A stretch of 62,461 nt of DNA, counting the filler, from Choristocarpus tenellus KU-1152 (lineage: Eukaryota > Protista > Phaeophyceae): NCBI GenBank assembly GCA_964200185.2. It is 8 parts of 8 records of this genome, joined end to end, with 100 filler letters (N's around TTAATTAATTAA, not from the genome) between each part and the next. Parts side by side here need not be neighbours in the genome. Positions count along the whole stretch, not along the records: positions 24,666 to 38,809 come from CAXNAD020001270.1; positions 38,910 to 42,656 come from CAXNAD020018177.1; 6 more parts are not named here. One strand, written 5' to 3'. The notes under the pieces are model-generated. The model saw only the letters and a program-made list of their open reading frames with translations. It ran no database searches and had not been told where the DNA came from. Below are positions 26,105 to 39,092 of this stretch, in pieces (within the stretch, counting starts at the first letter, position 1; each line of letters opens with the position of its first letter). A program made the translations under genes and the position numbers.

Positions 26105-26880
26105 CAGGACTTTTCACCATACCAGCAAACCAAACAGAATCCCATCCACCGACTAGACTGGTCCCACAATTATTTAATATGTCCTAGTCCATGTCCAGTA
26201 GGTATTGAACCGGTCTATGTCCATGTCCAGACCAGTCCCACAGTTTTTTTTAACGTGTCCCAAATCCATGTCCACCGGTCATTGAACTGGTTCATCCATG
26301 TTCTTACTGGTCTCAGAGTCCCTTAACATGTCCTGGTCCATGTGCACTAGGTATTGTACCGGTTCATGTCCACCACCTGGTCATTCTAATATTTTTCGTT
26401 CCCTGTCCAGACTATGCCCACCACGTGTTCTCACACACGAACCACAGTTCACCCGAAAGGCCCAACAATGCATTGTTTATTTTACAATTTTACTATTCTG
26501 AATGGAACAATATAAAATAATGTAGAAATATCACTAAAATATAAATAATATATTTAGTACTTGAAGTAGTAGTAGCAGAAATTTGTTATATAGGATACAT
26601 TATTCAAGAGTGGTAAAATATAATAAAGGAGGCATGGCCATGATGTGGCTGGGCGAAGTATAAAAAAATATTACGTGACTGGTCATATATAAAATGTTCT
26701 AGCATGACTGAGTCTATCGCCATCGCTTCCTCAACATGACCACTGGTCGGCCATGTAAAACCAAATTTGAACATGATTTAAGTCCATGGACATTGACCGT
26801 TTCAACATAGCTGGCCCACGGACCGCCTTGAGGCCATAGAAAGTGGACATGCTAACCTCCAGACCTGGTGAAAAGCCCTG
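26105..26880. mobile_element. Non-autonomous hAT-type DNA transposon (776 bp)
   Basis: 15-bp TIR CAGGACTTTTCACCA / TGGTGAAAAGCCCTG (1 mismatch); 8-bp TSD AAATTGTC / AAATAGTC; many subterminal GTCCATG/CATG motifs around an AT-rich core. Confidence 0.85.
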
Positions 26881-27814
26881 AAATAGTCACGTGAAAATAT
26901 CATTCATCATAATTATTACACGCAATTACCTGCACTACTGGTCATGATAGTGTGCGAGTACCCAATCTCTAGATTTGCAAGGAGTTGATGGCCATGGTGG
27001 CAGGATTCAGGTATATCCTTGGGGTAACTCCTATATATAGTTGTAATTCTCAACACAATGCACAGCTCTTGGTAGTGTTGCATCTGGACTTAGAGATTGA
27101 TGACAGAACATGGAAGAAGTATGTCGAGTGAAGGGGAGAGACCATTCATTTCTGATGACAGTGGGTCTGTGTATCAATAGCCACTACATCCAGGCTCCTT
27201 TCGGAAAAGGGTGCCTAGAGAGGTACGATACTCTTTGGCAGACAGTCCATGTCCCCTCAATGGGTGGATTGAGTGACTTCCAAATGCAAAATTTCTCACC
27301 CTCCCTATATTTCCGAAGGAAGTTATTACCATCATAACCTCCTACAATCCGAAATCTCTTACTGCACTCGAAGAGAAATGTACTTCAATGTACATTTTTC
27401 ATGTCTGTTGGGCCTCCCTTTGCATAAATCAGCCAATCCTGCAAGTAATAAAACATACAAGAGTTTCCTTCCTCAGCCCCAACTATAAATGTTTCTCTAA
27501 TGTACATCTGCCAACACCTATATCTGCCAAGTTCCACATGACCAAAGATTAACACACCCTGTCTCATTAAAACATTCCCCAAACATAAGGTTATACTGCT
27601 CATTATGGTGGCAATGCTTGCAGCAGTGTTGGTAAGGTTCATCCATGACCGGTCCAAGGTTCGAAGAATGATAACCCAAAAATGCATGCTCTAGAGGTTG
27701 ATTTGGACTCCTGGTATGGACTACATTCTGGGCAGTATTGACTTGAAACCTTTGAACGAACCTGTGTAACCCTGCTTGTATTTTAATCCCTGGCTATTGT
27801 AAAAGGTTAAATAT

Positions 27815-29727
27815 CCCCTCTCCCCTTAATCAAGAGATCGTCACAAAACTCTCAAATAAATGTCAGCACACCTGCCGCATCATATCCAATCCTTCTAGTA
27901 AGCACCCTAGTATGCCAAGGTATACTGAATATTCCATCTTGTTCTGATCTTGGAATTGAAGTCAATACTATAAATTTCTTGTGTTGGAGCGTCAGGTTTT
28001 ACATCACGTGCCTATATTGCTTGCCTATGCCGAGAGTTTCATCGCAATTCTGCCATATCTTTGCCAACTTCGATTCCCACACCTTTGTGCTGAGATCTGA
28101 TCTCTCCACAAACTGAAAAAATACATACACTACGTCGAGAATTCTAAATTTGAAACAATCCTGACATTTCTTGTCTGAATAATACGAACATACAGGAGAT
28201 CTCTCTCAACAAGATCAAGGCTGATCTCAGTGCTTCCTCAACTTCATTACAGAACATAAGGTGAGCAGAGGAACTCGAAGGGTAGCCAAGTCTTTCACCT
28301 TGTGTAGTGTACTCCAGTATCGTTGCAGTCATCTATTCACTCTGGTGCGAATTTCTAAACATCAATGTACTAAATATACGCAAACGGAAATACGATATCA
28401 AAGTGGAAACAATGGGATGAAAAAAAAAGGGTGGTATAAATTCTCGCTCCAGGTGGTATACTCATCATTTCTCTTCTTCCCATCATCTCCACCCTACTCC
28501 CAAACCCGACTAGTGTAACTGATATTGTGCCTCTGAACTCGACATGGATACTGATCAGGGGTACACTGGAGCAGAAGGAGAGGCAGATTCATGACTCAAG
28601 TGTCAGGGAAGAGGCCCTTCGAGCTTCAGAGGGGGCAGCTCTGCTGAGGGCAGAGACTGCGGTGAGGAAAGGGGATGGTCTTTGAGAAAACAAATATCCC
28701 GCTGTGTTCCGGCTGGCCATTGTGATAATGAAAGCGAAGGAATTTATCGATCATACAATATATGCGTGTATTGATCTCAAGTAGAGGATATGCTCAGAAA
28801 CCTTGGATTTCGGTGGAATATACTGGATTTTGTATAGTTTCAGATTGAATATGACCTCTCCCCCCAATCAAGACATTGTCTCAAAGACATTCAGAACATT
28901 GTCGGAACACCTATGGCATTGTCTCCAATCTTTCCTGTTACCATTCCGGTATGCAAACCTATGGTCAATGGTGCCACCGTGACCTTGGTGTTGATGTTGA
29001 TGTTGCTGTTGATGTTGATGTCATCAATGTTTTGCACGTTTGATCTTGGCATTGTATGTCAAGTTCCTTGACTATTAACCTACGCTGGGCGTTTCATCAC
29101 CATTGGATCAGCTGTGGACACCTAGAAGCCCACTCCATTGTGCCCAGGTCTCATCTCCCCACAAAATGGACACACCACTTACACTGTGTCTGGAGCCCTA
29201 GGTTTCACAACATACTTACGCCCTCCTACTCATCCATACGCGCATACAGGAGGCCTGCCTGGACGAGACGAAGGCAAACCTTGGCGTTTCTTCGGCTTCC
29301 ATTGTGACCATGAGGTGAGCAGAGCTGTCTCAATCACGGGTTGCATCTTATGCCGCATTGTGTGGTGTACTCCAGTATCGTTGCAGTGATGATCTCAGCG
29401 TGATAGGATATTTTGAACTTCTGTGTGCCGTAGACAAGCTGTGAGACGATAGCATAGCATAGTTGAGGGGATGGACTGACCCGAGGGGATGCACGGAACA
29501 TGTAGTTCCACCTGGAACACTCATCATTTCTCTTCTTCCCATCATCTCCACCCTACTCCCAAACCCGACTAGTGTAACTGATATTGTGCCTCTGAACTCG
29601 ACATGGATACTGATCAGGGGTACACTGGAGCAGAAGGAGAGGCAGATTCATGACTCAAGTGTCAGGGAAGAGGCCCTTCGAGCTTCAGAGGGGGCAGCTT
29701 TGTTGATGGGAGAGACTGCGGTGAGGA
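27815..29727. repeat. Tandem duplication of a ~1.05-kb unit, probably TE-derived (possible Mutator/SWIM remnant nearby at ~27500-27750)
   Basis: 27815-28340 aligns loosely with 28855-29390; 28460-28668 is near-identical to 29519-29727. The minus-strand peptide CVNLWSCGTWQI weakly resembles a SWIM zinc finger. Confidence 0.7.
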
Positions 29728-29795
29728 GGGAGGACTAATCTTTACTGATACATTTTTTAGTATACAATTTTGTCCGTTTGTGATCATAAATCCAT

Positions 29796-30053
29796 GAGTG
29801 AAAGTATATTTGAAGGTACGAGATTTGCCCAGTTCGTGTATTGGAGACTTGACTTTCCACGGTATTTGAATAGATTGTTCTTACTCCGAAACATATCGAA
29901 GTAGGTAAAATGTATATGTTTTGAAAAAATGCATCCGGTACAAGGGTATTGACACTTCCTAAGAAACACGATAGTTAAAACGACGTCAAAATCGCAACAT
30001 TGAGTTTTGACCCCCAAACGGACTTGGCTCCACCCTCTTAGATACTTTCACTC
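29796..30053. mobile_element. MITE family A
   Basis: TIRs present; flanks CCAT/CCAA. Confidence 0.88.
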
Positions 30054-33000
30054 CCAATGTGACGATTTTGATGGATTTTGGCTGAGGTGTTTGTTTGCAG
30101 TGTTGTGGTTCCTTGCTTCGTCACACCTTTTATCTTGGCATATACATTTGTTAGCTGTTTTCACACTGGAAAGTGAAAAGGTCATAAATATTTCCTACTG
30201 TATTTTTTATTTGTATCACTCCCGAATATGTGGCAAGTACGCTTCTTTGGTCGGTGAATACATTTGGTTGAGGAATTATAGAGCTTATGATCATAATATG
30301 TTACTCTGTCAGTTCTAAACGGTCTGCAGATTCAGTTCTGGCTTGACATTGAGATCATTGTTGGAAGATTATATATTCTTGTTTGATTGCTTAGCTGTAT
30401 TGTCATGATCTGGGTAAAATGAGGAATGTACCAATCCGAAGGAGAGTTTCACATTGACCTTGTTATATATAGCAGGGCTTAACTAGTTTCTGATGTTGGA
30501 GTTTGGATCTTGCAAAGACATATCTAGATTGGTTGATATCTAACGACAGTCGTGTATTTTCGGTTTGCATGTTGGTGCTACATGTTTGATTTGGAAGGTA
30601 AGGTTGTGGGAATACTTAATCACAATTTATGTGCCATCATCGTTATTTCTGGTGCTGAACCCATTCGCCACATCGAGTTCCTTAGTTGTGAGAATGCTAA
30701 CTTCGTACCGGGGATAACTGTGGTGGTCAGTGTCAATGACCAACCCTAGGGCAATGACAGTAGCTACGACAGGCTTGCATGTTGTAGCATCCAGTTTTTA
30801 GGTGGCATTATTGGTACCAATGCCAAGATCAAAATGGCCGAGTTTTAAGAACTTCAAAGCTACCTGAACCTGGACTCTGCACTGATGCAACTGTTTTCCA
30901 AATCTTGTCCCCATAAAGTATTATTAATGATGAAATATACCATAACACAGTTGCTGCTCCAGTGCAACCATTACCCAGTTCCAGTCCTCATTGTAGTGTT
31001 GATAGTATTACTTTGAACACTTTTTTGCCATTCCGCAAAAATCGAATTAATCTACCTCAGTGCTCACTGTTATTGAGTATGCAGCACTAATATCATGTGA
31101 CAGACGATTTAAGCATTTTATGTGTACATCCATTACCACAGGCAATTAATTTTCATTGAACCCTTACTTCTTCCGATCAAATATTCAAAGCATGAATTGA
31201 CACAACTCACAGCTACATTGACTTCACTGGTGGCCCCAGCTTCCCTATACAAGACCTTGGGAACAAAACAAACACTAATCCTGAACACGGTGATAATGAA
31301 ATTAGGAGGTGAAGGTCATTGTTTCCTCGGAGAAATTGGACTATATGCTAGAGGAGACCAACAGGATGAATGAACAACGTGTCCAAGAGTTGAAAACTAC
31401 GAGGTGAGAATAACAGCAATGCTAAAAATGCGAGTCTCAACAAACGTGGTGGTGAAGTGGTGATGTGAACTGTGATTTTAGCCAACAGAAACGAGAGGTA
31501 CCCAAATTTCTGCTCTTTATATGCAAATGGCTATAGAAAATATTCTGAATTCTGTCGAAAATATTGAAACAATGAAGAAATCCGAGCTCTTTGTTCCAAA
31601 CTTCGGACGTCATTGATAGAAATATGGGTGAATTTCAATAGATTGAAAACTGGCTTAAGATGGAAATTGCTCACGTCCTGGGCTCCTCTGGTTTTCTATG
31701 ACTCTTTGGAGAAAATCTGTCTCTCCAGTTGAGAACTGAGACGGTGCTTCTTCATACCAAGTACCAGCTATGGAGTGATGTATACCGTGTTATGTACATT
31801 CTTGCAGTCACAGTCAAATGTGTTTGCTTGAGGGTTTAGGAGTTAGTGTTTTGTGTTCTTTGTCTAACAAATTAAGGTACAATAGGATAATGATGGATCA
31901 GCTATTTAGATGCGCACACCTACATGAATGCAGAAAAGAAGATGCTCAGCAATCTCTTTGGGCTGGCTGTTATATCTAGTGTCTATGTATTATCAAGGCT
32001 ATTCCTACCCTACCTAGCCTGCTCTCACCTGCATTGAGCCGAATTATATCCCCTTCATCATTTCTCTTCTCTACAGCCGTGGGTTCAAGAAATTATAAGT
32101 AATATTGTAAAGTTAGGCAAGAATCCTTCCGGTGAGCAACAGTGGAATTCCTCATCTGGTTAATCCCTATGTGGTTTTGGACGCAGAGGAAAGATGTTAG
32201 ATAACCAAGTCCTTTGAAAACATAAAAGGAACAAGAACCTGCATTGCCCTTCTGACTTTTGTTGAACTATGTAGGGTACGTTTGCACAGAAAACAATCTA
32301 TATGATACTTTGAAGGACATCAACAAGGATGTGAAATGAAAATAGCAACTATGCAACAGGACTTTGGATTGAATTTGTGGGGCAGAGAGAAGGGTCCTCG
32401 GTTAGAATCCATCGGTGGTGGCATTTCGCCTTTTGTACTAAAATGCTATGAAACCTCACGTGCTACCTATTCATTCTCGTATTCAAACCATTACTGGGTA
32501 TAACTATAGTTTGGAGGCTCAGTTGCACCTCAAAGGGGTTAAAAGGTGCTAGGTTGGAGTTAGGACGCCTTCACCACCCAATCTCTTCCCACAATGTTCT
32601 TACTTCTCAGAATTTATCTTTTGGGAGCAATCCTTTGAAGTGGTGTTATGGCCTTCCACAAATGCCATGACAAAAACCTAAGAGAGAGTTCTACCATGAA
32701 ATGACAAGCAATTTGGTGAGAGATTTTGAGGACAACTTTATGAACATTGGTAGATTGAGCAATACAGTAGAAGCATTTTCTACTCAAGTCAGTTCAATCG
32801 TTTAGTAACCATTAAATCATAATAAGAGGAAAATAGTATAGCGCCTCCCCCAACTGTACTATAGTCAACCGTAAGAAGGGCCTACAAAAAAGGCTTGATG
32901 CCCTCAGGTAATTTTCGGGTTCCCGATTTGGTCAACTGTATACTACACAATAAATATATAGAGATGAACTTCCAGTCCAGAAAAAAGAAGATAATTTGTG

Positions 33001-33664
33001 GTTATTTTATTGTGCAGTAGTTGTAATACAGTGGTTTGATCCTGCTGTCAAACCAATGCTGCTGCACTGCAAAGGCTGGAAATAGTTCTTACCACTTGGC
33101 ACCAATATACTTGGAGTAGATTCTCCCAATACTTGTACAACACATAGAAATAGCATAATGTAGTATTCTATATGGAGGTGTGAGAAGTATTCTATTCTGA
33201 AGAAGGATTCAGTATACATGCAATGGATAAATAGATAATGCCATATCTCCCATGCGCTAGGAAGAATATTCTATGGTGTCCTAGAGGTATCTATTCTAAT
33301 TGGCGATATACACCCCAATCCCATACATTGCAGTATGGTAGCCTGTTGCCAGTGATTTTTTTAAGCTTCTCTTATTTTGTTGTTCGAGTTTTCGAGAAAG
33401 ATCAAATTTTGGTTCCGAAAAGCACTATCAAATTGCTATATGTTCTAACTGTTGATACCAGAGTTGGAGTGGAACTGAGCCAAAGAAAACGAGACGTACC
33501 CAGGGCTTGTCCGTTTTACATTTTAACCCTGTTTTTTAATCTTTTACAATTCACCCATATTTCCATGAATGAAGTTTGAAGTATGCTTCGAGAGCATTAA
33601 TTTCTCTATTGCGCAAACATTTTCACAGGATATATCCAATACATATTTGTACAAAAGGCCAGAA

Positions 33665-33916
33665 GAGTGAAAGTATCTTAGAGGGTACGATTCTTGCCCC
33701 TGTTTGTCCATTTGGGACTTGGCTTCTCACGAGTTTTTAATTACCTACTCCAAACATTTTGGAGTAGGTAAAATGTATATGTTATGAAAAGGAGTGTCCA
33801 GAACAAGGATATTGACATCTCCTATCAAACATGATAGCCAAAATAACATCAAAATTGCAACATTTGATTTTGGCCCCCAAATGGACCCGGCTCTACCCTC
33901 TAAGATATTTTGGCTC
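33665..33916. mobile_element. MITE family A, TSD AGAA
   Basis: TIRs and a perfect 4-bp TSD. Confidence 0.9.
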
Positions 33917-34324
33917 AGAATTTGCATATATTTGTTAGCATCCTTAAGATGCAACTCTGGGTACATATTGTTTACTTTGACTCACTACAAGTCGTCTGTT
34001 CCACGTATTTGACACAAACTATTAATACAACAAGACCTTGCTTTGCAACAATATTGTTGTGTCACGGTAGCAAGGTCACCGCCTTTTAACTCTTCACCAT
34101 CTTCAGTCCCCACTCATAAAATGCAACAACTTGGGCTTAGATTTAGACTCAATGCGAGGCACCTCACTCCCTTGGTCACTCAAGCAACTCAATATTTGAA
34201 GTTGATCGTTTCAAAGTATTTTAGCAGGTGTGTGCAGCCTTCTTTTTGCTGTACTTCGATTCTCTTCCAACTCAGTTTCATCTCTCCTTGGACCTCTCTT
34301 CCTGATCTTCCAGCCCCCTCACAG

Positions 34325-37300
34325 TGCCATTGGTGGATGCAAAGAAAGAGTGCATGGATGGATGCAACCAAACTGCCAACGGCTTAGATACTAGAACTAT
34401 GTCCAAGATCCTCAACTTGAAGGTTCTCATTGTTGGTCTCAGGTGAACCTTCTTTGTTCCTTCCCCTCCACTGAATCCGTCCCAGTTATGTATGCATCAC
34501 TTAGCCTCAAAGTCCCCTGTGCCCTGTGCAAATCACAGGATCTAATATATGAATCTGCCCCTCCAGACGGCATCTGAAGACAGTAGGCAACCCAGACAAA
34601 CAACTTGAAGACTACAAGAATCTTTGCAACAGCTCCCGAAATCTATATTGCTCTGGATCCCTACATTAATCCCCAGTATCATTTCATATTTGATGTCAAT
34701 AGTGATTATTGATCTTCCAGTCCTCCCCTGCTCCATCTCCACGTCTCTTTCAATCCCCACATCTTTATCACAACATATCTGTTGCTGTGATTTTGAAATA
34801 TTTAGGGGTCTTGGGGTGGAAGCAGCCAAGAACTTAGTGCTGGCAGGAGTGGGGACTGTTTCTCTCATAGATGAGGAGGAGGTGTCACTCCCTGACCTGG
34901 GTGCAAATTTCTTTTTAGAGGCTTCTGATGTTGGCAAGACTCGAGCAAGGTGAGTTTGGCTGGGTTAGGGAGACGGGTGGACATATCAGTGTTCAACCGA
35001 TTGGTAGGAGGTATGCAGTAAAACTTGGCAATGCTGACCAGATCTCCGGGACCAAGTGTAATGTCTGTTATTCAGAGATTGGATATATGATGCATGCTTG
35101 GGTGTGTGGTCATGTTGTTGCATGCACACTGGTGTGATGTGTGAAGGTTGTGTTGTAGAGAGATTGGTGCTTACTGCTTTGCCTTGGAACTGTGTTGTAG
35201 TCTCTGTGTTTTGGATCTCCACGTGACACACTATGAGAATTTGGATATTGCCATATTACAGCACTGCTGAGTACTCAAAGCACCTCCAGTTGTAGATTAT
35301 TGTTTTCTAGTCCCTGTTGAACACTAGTAGTGAAGTTTATGGACACAGAAATATGGTAACGTGCAATCAAGCATGACTGCCACTTTTGAATACAGACCAG
35401 CAGAAGGGTGTAGCAAAATCAATGTACTTTGAAGTATGCCTTTTGGTGAACTGGTAGGGGTTACAGTTGGGAGGACGTTTTCGAGAATGTTATGATACCT
35501 TGAATCAATCAGTGAGACATGATTCGGGGACAGAGATTATGTGCTGATTATGTACTCTGTCTCCTGCTTTGACTCGTTAGTAATGGGATAATGGTGGCTC
35601 ATTTTCATACAAACGACTGACAACAGTAAGAGGACGCTGTACCTATTCCAGTTGTTTTTATACTACTTGGTTTTCTGTGAAGCATATGTGCTCAACAACC
35701 ATCCATCCTCATATTCAAAATGAGGTCATTCAGCCCACTAGTACTGTGCTTTATAAAATGATGTAAAATTCCAAACCTTTCGCCCTTTATTGCATGTTTT
35801 CACAGGCATATTGTGTTGATTCCAAGCCACTCCTATAGTCTATAGACCCTCAGAGCTCAGGATGCAATAGTAAACCAATGTAGGGCACTCTCCCCAAGGT
35901 TCACCAGAGTAGCCGGGAATAACTCAAATCTAAACAACTACACCAAAGATCGGCATTACCACATACCACTACACTTTCTATTTATGTCATGCTTCCATGA
36001 CCCATTTTACACATCTTCACTGTACCCCCACGAAATAAATACAGTATTATGCACTGTAAACATAGCCGTCTGTGTGCATGCAAGATTGATATCCGCATCT
36101 GGGTGGGGGGGTAGAGTAGCCTAACTCCTTCTCCATTCCTGACACATTCAAAGTCCAGAAAACAACTTCTCTCCAACACCTATGCTGCACTCCAATATCC
36201 CCTCCATTTGCACCCCCCAATCCCTCCACAACTCATCGTCCCCACTCAGCTCAACCCTTCCAACCTCTATCATCTGTGTGAAATTCAGTTGTGTGGCGAA
36301 CAAGTTGCAGGAACTTAACCCCATGGTGCCTGTTAGGGTGATCCAGGGCGCTCTGACTGAGGCAACTATAAGTGCGCACAGTGTGGTGGTATTTTGTGGA
36401 CAGCCACCAGAGGACACCATACGATGGGATACGTTCTGCCATGAGAAGGTTTGGGCTCAAAGTATCTGGGAGGGGGTGGCGGCAGTCCATTTGGGGTCAA
36501 TTTTTTCATATCGCGATTTTTGGGTGATTTAGTTGCCATACATCGGATGGATAATGCAAATGCACATTTCCCGATTTTGGTCCAAATGGACACCCTCGTG
36601 TAGACCCCCCCTACCCCCCCAGACACTTTCGGTCTTTGTGGAGTGGTATTGGTGCCCATTCATAAGTGCTTATCTTTGAGGCGTTTTTGGAGGATGGATA
36701 GCAACACATGCACATATATGCTTGTGTGCGTACCACTCTGCTAAACCTGTTCACACAGCAAGTTGGCGTGTCATGACCATACACACATGATATGTAAGCC
36801 CTCATGTGCACATGAGAAGGAGAGTCAATCAATAATTGATGGATCAAGAAGTTGATTGATGGCCTCCCAAGCATAGAGAGCTTGCATGCTAGGGTTTGAT
36901 GCACAGTTAACCTCTTTCACACCGTAGTCAATATTGCAAGTGTAAAGATTTGAAGTAGGCTTCATGAAGATTTGAAGTGACTCTTGGCTTCCTCTCCAGA
37001 GGGCTTCCTAGAAAGGTATCAAGTGTAAACCACTCTTTTCCATGCCTTGTATGGCAACTTGAGCTACAATTCATACGCTAGTGAGAGTGATTTGTCGGAG
37101 GAAAGTGCTTTGTGTTGTATGATGGAGTATCGGTGGCGAATGCCCATTATTTGTACTTGAGGTTCAAAGTGGCACATGCTGTTTAATCTTCTTCATTTCT
37201 AGAGGAGATTCACACTTCTGTGTAGAAGGGTGCAAGAAATTGTAGTGTATTTCAATATCATTGACCATTCCATAGCCAACAATTCCATAGGCAACGTCTA

Positions 37301-37606
37301 TCATGGACGATTTTGGAATATGCATTTCCACTTCCTATCCAGCAAACATAACTATAAAATGTTTCAAAAAGCGCTTCAAATATCTAGAGTTCTTGAGCTC
37401 TAGTGTGCTATTCCTTCTGCCTTTGTTTTCCTGATCCCAGACACACAATCCACTTCCTTGGACACACTTGCTTCTTGATACAGGGTGTAATCTTCATTTC
37501 ATCAGGCACCATGGGTGCCTTTGGTTATGTGTTCAGTGACTTTGGTGAGTCTTTCTCCATTCACGATCTCAACGGCGAGGTCCCAACCAGCTATCCCATC
37601 ACATAT
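34325..37606 (+). CDS. UBA1: Ubiquitin-activating enzyme E1 (UBA1/UBA6 type), N-terminal ThiF/adenylation region; exons 34325-34442, 34806-34949, 36289-36448, 37484-37606; partial
   Basis: In-frame GT-AG joins give ...MSKILNLKVLIVGLRGLGVEAAKNLVLAGVGTVSLIDEEEVSLPDLGANFFL...GKTRASCVANKLQELNPMVPV...GAFGYVFSDFGESFSIHDLNGE, the classic E1 N-terminal signature. The rest of the gene is absent before the gap. Confidence 0.85.
36454..36634. mobile_element. MITE family B, TSD TTTG, inside the E1 splice donor
   Basis: TIRs GGCTCAAAGTATCTGGG / CCCAGACACTTTCGGTC; TTTG on both sides. Confidence 0.9.
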
Positions 37607-37869
37607 GTGAGTAGGTGGTGTCTCTGAATCTGATACCGAAGCAGGATGGCAGGGATGCAGGGAGGCAAGAGAGAAAGATTGGGGTTGGGGGAGACAATTG
37701 AAACGATTTATTTGCCTATATGCGGGCAACATGATGCACAATCATCATATTAGTCATTAGTTACTGCATCCACGACTTTATGCCCTCTCTGTGTTGTGAA
37801 GTCTCCTTTTTGACAGTTAAAACATGAAACATTAAGTATTACACTACATAATCTGAAAAACTTGCAAAA

Positions 37870-38128
37870 GAGTCAAAGTATCTTAGAGGGTAGAGCCGCA
37901 TCCATTTGCAGGGCAAATTCCAATGTTACAATTTTGATGTAATTGTGGATATCAAGTTTGTTAGGAGATGTCGATATCCTTGTTCCGGACACATATTTTC
38001 ATAACATATACATTTTACCTACTCCGAAACATTTTGGAATAGGTAAAATGTCATTAAAAACCCGTGGGTAGCCAAGCCCCTAATGGACAAAAAGGGAAAA
38101 ACTTGTACCCTCTAAGATACTTTCACTC
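37870..38128. mobile_element. MITE family A, TSD AAAA
   Basis: TIRs GAGTCAAAGTATCTTAGAGGGTA / TACCCTCTAAGATACTTTCACTC. Confidence 0.9.
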
Positions 38129-39092
38129 AAAATAATGACGCGTAGCTTGATGGTATCATGCTCCGAAATTTGCAGGAAGAGGGAAATATGTAAGCTATTG
38201 TTGATATTTTGACCACGAGACAGTCCACTACGTACGAAGAGGATACGACCAGGAGAACTAATGCAGTCACTGTATCAGACCTGGCAATGGACTAGGGTGG
38301 ATGAAATCATTCTACTGGCTTGTATGAAGGTCTTTTTGTCCTTACCATGGTACATTCGTTCATACACCACAGTCCTTGTGTTGCAAAATAATCAAAGTTG
38401 GATGGAACTACCCGCACATACAGCTCAAGACTCACGAGCAAGATGCCTGCTCCAATTTAAACCTCCCCTAAATGCACTGATTGTGCCATGTAATTGTCTT
38501 TTCACCCCTATCAGGGCTGTAGGATCGAGAAAAAGGACTTGGGTAATGTTGCACACTAGCAACACAGGGGTACCCTTCTCTGGAACACCCTCCATTACCC
38601 TTGCATGACAATTGAAGTCAGTTGCACCCCCTTGATATATGACAAAGTCTACTGACAAGGTTCTCGCCCAATCCAAGACCAGGTTCTAACCTTGCAAGAA
38701 TTTGCAGCAACCTTCATTTGCCATTGAGCCCCGTAGACCTTTGCCTGACCCAATAATTCCACCTCCTCTATTTTCCTTTTCTGGTGAATAGAATATCTAG
38801 GGGGAGGGGNNNNNNNNNNNNNNNNNNNNNNNNNNNNNNNNNNNNNNNNNNNNTTAATTAATTAANNNNNNNNNNNNNNNNNNNNNNNNNNNNNNNNNNN
38901 NNNNNNNNNTCAGTTTCCCACCCCGCCCCCCTACCCCCTGGCCAGATCACCCCCTCACCCCCTCCCTGTCCTCTTTTCCTACTTCATTCATTGCAATAAT
39001 TCTCCATTGATCGCTGTTTAAAACGATGGAATTTGCAAATGTGGACCAACATGAGTACCAATACTATTGCTCTCCTCTGTGTTCTGTAACAG

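Noticed and set aside
31344-31402. Possible first exon of the E1 gene (MLEETNRMNEQRVQELKTT|gtgag)
   Set aside because: Its phase (2) does not match the next identified exon (1), and no intermediate exon was found.
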